This document shows, in pieces, positions 59,554 through 64,000 of a DNA stretch of 64,000 bases. Both the position numbers and the translations under genes were made by a program. The notes under the pieces are model-generated. The model was not told where the DNA came from, made no database searches, and was given only the letters and a program-made list of their open reading frames with translations. Origin of the DNA: a bacterium (GTDB lineage Bacteria > Zhuqueibacterota > Zhuqueibacteria > Residuimicrobiales > Krinioviventaceae); the NCBI GenBank assembly GCA_963693055.1, contig OY843751.1:3776001-3840000 (forward strand), given 5' to 3'. The first letter of the stretch is position 1. Each line of letters begins with the position of its first letter.

Positions 59554-61664
59554 TGAAAGCCGTATCTATGAAATATTTATTATTTCTACTTTTACTGCTG
59601 AATTCAATATTATTAGCAGTAACCAGTCCTCATGGGGATATAAAAATACCCTGCGAAACCTGTCATACTCCGGCTAACTGGCAGGTTAACAGAGAAACCT
59701 TAAAATTTGATCATAACAGCACCGGGTATCCGTTAACAGGTGTGCATAGCCAGATAGATTGCAAAGACTGCCATGAGAGTCTGGTTTTTCATCAAACTGG
59801 TGTGCAATGTATGGATTGCCATACAGATATTCACCAGGGACAGTTGGGCAAAGAATGCGAAACCTGTCATACCCCCTTAAACTGGGAAAACCGGCAGAAT
59901 ATGCTAAAAGACCATTCTCTTTTACGCTTTCCCTTGTATGGTGCACATGAACGCATTGATTGCGACGACTGTCACCATGCCGGCTTGACAGAATATGCCA
60001 ACACCCCTGTTGAATGTATCTATTGCCATGCGGATGACTATAACTCAACCCAAAATCCTGATCATAAAGAAGCACAATTCCCCACAACCTGTGATGACTG
60101 CCACCCCATACAATCTCTTACCTGGCAAACCCGTGAATTTGATCATTCATTTTACCCATTGACCGGTGCGCATCAAAATGTAACCTGTGCAGATTGCCAC
60201 CACGGTACCTATACCAACACGCCCAATACATGTTATGGATGCCATAACACAGACTATGCGGCTACTATCGATCCCAATCATCAGGCATTTGGGTTCGATA
60301 CAGACTGTTCACAATGTCACACTACTGATACATGGACCCGGACTGCGTTCGATCACTATCAAGCATCCGGCTTTGAATTGATTGGTGCGCACCAGACATT
60401 ACAATGCAGTCAATGCCACATCAACAATCAGGGAACCGGATTACAAAGAGATTGTTATGGCTGTCATTTAACAGATTACAATTCCGTCAAAGAACCTGAC
60501 CATCAACTTGGTCAATATCCTCACGAATGTACAATGTGCCACAATGTGAACAATTGGAGCCCTGCCGACTTTGATCATAACCAGACCGGATTTCCCCTTA
60601 CAGGCGCTCACCAGGCTGTTGAATGTTCGGATTGTCACGAAAATAATGTTTATGCCGGAACTCCATCGGATTGCTACTCGTGTCACGAACCGGATTTCAA
60701 GTCCGTGACAGAACCCAATCACGTCACCGGTAATTTTGATCACGTATGTACCATCTGTCATTCCACAACCACATGGACACCAGCAACCTTTGATCATAAT
60801 AATACCGGTTTTCCGCTTACCGGAGCACATACAACAGCAACATGTCTGGATTGCCATGTTAATGGATATACCAATACGCCATCAGATTGCTACTCGTGCC
60901 ACGAACCGGATTTCAAGTCCGTGACAGAGCCCAATCACGTCACCAGTAATTTTGATCATGTGTGCACTATCTGCCACTCTACAACCGCTTGGACACCCGC
61001 AACCTTTGATCATAATAATACCGGTTTTCCGCTTACCGGAGCACATACAACAGCAACATGTCTGGATTGCCATGTTAATGGATATACTAATACGCCGTCA
61101 GATTGCTATTCGTGCCACGAACCGGATTTCAAGTCCGTGACAGAGCCCAATCACGTCACCGGTAATTTTGATCACGTTTGCACTATCTGCCACTCCACAA
61201 CCGCATGGACACCAGCAACCTTTGATCATAATAATACCGGTTTTCCGCTTACCGGAGCACATACAACAGCAACATGTCTGGATTGCCATGTTAATGGATA
61301 TACCAATACACCAGCGGATTGTTTTTTCTGTCATGAAAACGAGTACAATAATACAACAGATCCCAATCATAAAGCTTCTCAATTCCCGGTTACCTGTCAG
61401 GATTGTCACAATACCAACAACTGGGAGCAAACCACCTGGGACCATGATGCCCGCTATTTCCCCATTTATTCCGGCGAGCATCGCGGAGAATGGGATGCAT
61501 GTTCTGATTGTCACACCAACGCATCAAATTATACCGTATTTGAATGTATCAACTGTCATGAGCATCAAAAATCTGAAATGGACAACGAACATGATGAAGT
61601 AAGAAACTATCAGTACCTGAGTACGGCTTGTTATAATTGTCACCCAAATGGGAAAGAAGATTAA
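59553..61664 (+). CDS. Multiheme cytochrome c, 28 CxxCH motifs
   Basis: Signal peptide; 28 CxxCH counted; TAATG coupling at both ends. Confidence 0.96.
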   Translation: MKAVSMKYLLFLLLLLNSILLAVTSPHGDIKIPCETCHTPANWQVNRETLKFDHNSTGYPLTGVHSQIDCKDCHESLVFHQTGVQCMDCHTDIHQGQLGKECETCHTPLNWENRQNMLKDHSLLRFPLYGAHERIDCDDCHHAGLTEYANTPVECIYCHADDYNSTQNPDHKEAQFPTTCDDCHPIQSLTWQTREFDHSFYPLTGAHQNVTCADCHHGTYTNTPNTCYGCHNTDYAATIDPNHQAFGFDTDCSQCHTTDTWTRTAFDHYQASGFELIGAHQTLQCSQCHINNQGTGLQRDCYGCHLTDYNSVKEPDHQLGQYPHECTMCHNVNNWSPADFDHNQTGFPLTGAHQAVECSDCHENNVYAGTPSDCYSCHEPDFKSVTEPNHVTGNFDHVCTICHSTTTWTPATFDHNNTGFPLTGAHTTATCLDCHVNGYTNTPSDCYSCHEPDFKSVTEPNHVTSNFDHVCTICHSTTAWTPATFDHNNTGFPLTGAHTTATCLDCHVNGYTNTPSDCYSCHEPDFKSVTEPNHVTGNFDHVCTICHSTTAWTPATFDHNNTGFPLTGAHTTATCLDCHVNGYTNTPADCFFCHENEYNNTTDPNHKASQFPVTCQDCHNTNNWEQTTWDHDARYFPIYSGEHRGEWDACSDCHTNASNYTVFECINCHEHQKSEMDNEHDEVRNYQYLSTACYNCHPNGKED
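60663..61310 (+). repeat. Intragenic tandem repeat, 3 x 216 bp (72 aa, three hemes per unit)
   Basis: Units start at 60663, 60879 and 61095; near-identical DNA encoding PSDCYSCHEPDFKSVTEPNHVTGNFDHVCTICH...CLDCHVNGYTNT. Confidence 0.97.
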
Positions 61665-62467
61665 TGAAAACAGCATTTAAAATCTTGATTTTTCTCAGTA
61701 TCTCTACAGCATTTTTTATCAATTATGTATACTCGAAAGACATACCCCACAAGCAATTGAAACTGGAATGTAACAGTTGTCACCTGACAGAAAACTGGAA
61801 TACTATTACGTTTGACCACAAGTCAACACAATTTCCACTGGATGGCAGGCACCATAACCTGGAATGCGTTGACTGCCACAATCTTGAAGATTTTTCTCAA
61901 ATCAGGATGGAATGCAAACAATGTCATCTTGATATTCACCAGGGGAAATTAACATATCCCTGTGACCAATGCCATACAACCAGTGGGTGGCAGGTCAAAG
62001 ATATTTTCAAGGTCCATGCCAATACAACATTCCCGGTACTGGGCGCGCACAGTCGGTTGGATTGCGATGCCTGCCATATATCAGAAATTGTGGGTGAATT
62101 TGCCCGCATTCAATCAGATTGTTATACCTGTCATGAACAGGATTACAAAAACACGACTGATCCCTCACACCAGGATTTTGGATTTAATCACAGATGCGAA
62201 GATTGCCACAGTATGCTCGCATGGTTTCCGGCAATGTTTGCCGAGCACGAATCCCGCTTCCCCATCTCTTCCGGAGCGCATGCAGGTGAATGGGAAAATT
62301 GCAATATCTGTCATACCAATCCCGGTAATTTCCAGATATTCAGTTGTCTCAACTGTCATGAGCATAATCAATCGAGTATGGTTGGAGAACATGACGAAAT
62401 AAGTGGATTTAGCTACAACAGTGATGCGTGTTACCGTTGTCATCATGATGGCAAAGCGGAGGATTAA
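61664..62467 (+). CDS. Decaheme cytochrome c, short paralog of the 28-heme protein
   Basis: Start MKTAFK at ATG 61664; 10 CxxCH counted; N- and C-terminal modules align with 59553..61664. Confidence 0.95.
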   Translation: MKTAFKILIFLSISTAFFINYVYSKDIPHKQLKLECNSCHLTENWNTITFDHKSTQFPLDGRHHNLECVDCHNLEDFSQIRMECKQCHLDIHQGKLTYPCDQCHTTSGWQVKDIFKVHANTTFPVLGAHSRLDCDACHISEIVGEFARIQSDCYTCHEQDYKNTTDPSHQDFGFNHRCEDCHSMLAWFPAMFAEHESRFPISSGAHAGEWENCNICHTNPGNFQIFSCLNCHEHNQSSMVGEHDEISGFSYNSDACYRCHHDGKAED

Positions 62468-62469
62468 TT

Positions 62470-64000
62470 ATGAACTTTATAAAAAATAGTATTTTCATCC
62501 TGATTTTGATTTCTATTTCGAGTATTTCCGCACAAGAATCTGCTAAAGATTTTACCATTAAATATATCTCGAATGAAAACATTTATATTGATGGCGGCAG
62601 CATAGATGGACTTGCAGTTGGAGATACAATAATCGTAATGCGTAAAAACACTCGTATTGCGGTAATGACGATTAATTACACAGCAGATCATTCAGCGGCA
62701 TGTACAATTGTATCGCAAAGCATGCAAGTTCAACCGGGAGATTTGGCAAGGCCTTTGGTGCTTCGTCAGCAGGAAAAATTCGAAACCGTGTCTTCTCCAC
62801 TGAAAACAAGAAAAACCATACTACGCCAAAAGACCCAAACAAAACAGAATGATATGAAAATCAGGGGCAGCGTTTCTTTGCAATGGTACCATTTTGAAGA
62901 CATGTCTGAAGGAAATTTCAGTTTTGATCAACCGGGTGGACGATTGAATCTAAGAATGAAGAATGTGTTTACCAAAAACCTGAATTTCAGGATCAAAACC
63001 AAAAGCCGGTATAACAAACGGATGACGCATCTAAGCGGTACTACAGCCAGAAACGAATGGCGCAACCGCATTTATACCGTCAGTCTGAGTTTTGATGATG
63101 ATAATGCAGCAATAAATTATAAACTGGGACGTATTATCTCGAACAAATTCAGCGGCATTGGTTATATTGACGGTGCTTTAATACAACACAATACAACCGA
63201 AAATTTACGATACGGTGTTTTTGCCGGTACGCAACCCCAATGGCAGTATGCCGATTTCCAGACATCCATACAAAAATATGGCGCCTATATTAATTATTTA
63301 CAAGGCCAATATGGAGGCAAGCGGTTTGAATCTACCCTGGCCGCTGCCGGAGAATATCATGGTGCTGAGGTAAGCCGCGAATTTGTCTATCTGCAAAACA
63401 GCTTTTCTTCACAACAATTTAATCTCTATAGCAGTGCAGAACTCGATGTAAACCGTGACTGGCGCAAAGATAAAAGCGGCGAAAATATATCTCTTACCAA
63501 TCTTTATCTCAACTTTTCTTATGCTATTACCCGGAGCATTACAACAGGATTAAGTTTTGACGATCGGAAAAATTATTATACATACGAAATCCGTTCTGTT
63601 GCAGACAGCCTGTTTGATGATGCCATGCGTTATGGAGCTCGCTGGAATCTGAACCTCCGTTTGCCGGGCAACTATCGGGTGTATGCTAACGCGGGTATAC
63701 GTGCCAGAGAAACCGATACGGAAAACACATATTCCGGGGCATTGGGCGTCAGTAAAAACAATATTACTGATCACAACCTGTATGTAAATTTTTATGGATC
63801 AGGATTTCAAAATTATTTTTCAACAGGATTTAATGCATCTTTAAGAATGGGCAAATACTTTAGGGCTGGGCATAATGTAAACATGAGTTATGGTAACTAT
63901 TCGTATGTGTTGAGCACAACCAATACCACCCGTTCTAACCACTGGTTACGTTTAAACGGAAATTTACAGATTTTTAGACACATCTATCTCGATGAGAATT
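62470..64000 (+). CDS. Large outer-membrane beta-barrel (porin) with N-terminal soluble domain; truncated by the window edge
   Basis: Not in the ORF track. ATG 62470 opens at least 510 codons: signal peptide, NIYIDGGSIDGLAVGD domain, then many amphipathic strands (IRGSVSLQWY, RLNLRM, YKLGRI, YGVFAG, YGAYINY, LYLNFSY, YGARWNLNLRL, FNASLRMGKYF). Confidence 0.85.
   Translation, partial: MNFIKNSIFILILISISSISAQESAKDFTIKYISNENIYIDGGSIDGLAVGDTIIVMRKNTRIAVMTINYTADHSAACTIVSQSMQVQPGDLARPLVLRQQEKFETVSSPLKTRKTILRQKTQTKQNDMKIRGSVSLQWYHFEDMSEGNFSFDQPGGRLNLRMKNVFTKNLNFRIKTKSRYNKRMTHLSGTTARNEWRNRIYTVSLSFDDDNAAINYKLGRIISNKFSGIGYIDGALIQHNTTENLRYGVFAGTQPQWQYADFQTSIQKYGAYINYLQGQYGGKRFESTLAAAGEYHGAEVSREFVYLQNSFSSQQFNLYSSAELDVNRDWRKDKSGENISLTNLYLNFSYAITRSITTGLSFDDRKNYYTYEIRSVADSLFDDAMRYGARWNLNLRLPGNYRVYANAGIRARETDTENTYSGALGVSKNNITDHNLYVNFYGSGFQNYFSTGFNASLRMGKYFRAGHNVNMSYGNYSYVLSTTNTTRSNHWLRLNGNLQIFRHIYLDEN

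Overview
Bacterial chromosomal window, about 35-40% GC by eye. It is probably from an FCB-superphylum lineage such as KSB1, Calditrichota or Ignavibacteria; this is inferred from several secreted proteins ending in the (QN/NA)YPNPFNP FlgD/T9SS-type C-terminal domain and from a GWxTD protein. Left arm: glycan catabolism (two GH29 fucosidases, a sulfatase, GH32, a CE7 esterase, uxaC), a patch of secreted or surface proteins (a lectin-like pseudogene, two FGE/SUMF1-domain lipoproteins, PEGA, a triple beta-propeller protein), a membrane pyrophosphatase, and an AT-rich island of three small outer-membrane beta-barrel genes punctuated by a 49-bp repeat. Middle: housekeeping block (accA, scpAB, rluB, cmk, ispH, rpsA, lapAB, M1 peptidase). 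Right: REP-like repeat remnants around a large secreted protein, then a defence pair (type IIG-like R-M fusion with an AT-rich, apparently swapped specificity segment, plus an HNH nuclease). The most notable locus is a tightly coupled operon encoding a putative diheme cytochrome b, three multiheme cytochromes c (20, 28 and 10 CxxCH motifs, 58 in total) and a beta-barrel porin that runs off the window edge: a candidate trans-envelope electron conduit. The 28-heme and 10-heme proteins are paralogs differing by six triheme modules, three of which are a recent 216-bp DNA triplication. No tRNA, rRNA, CRISPR array, transposase or reverse transcriptase was seen.
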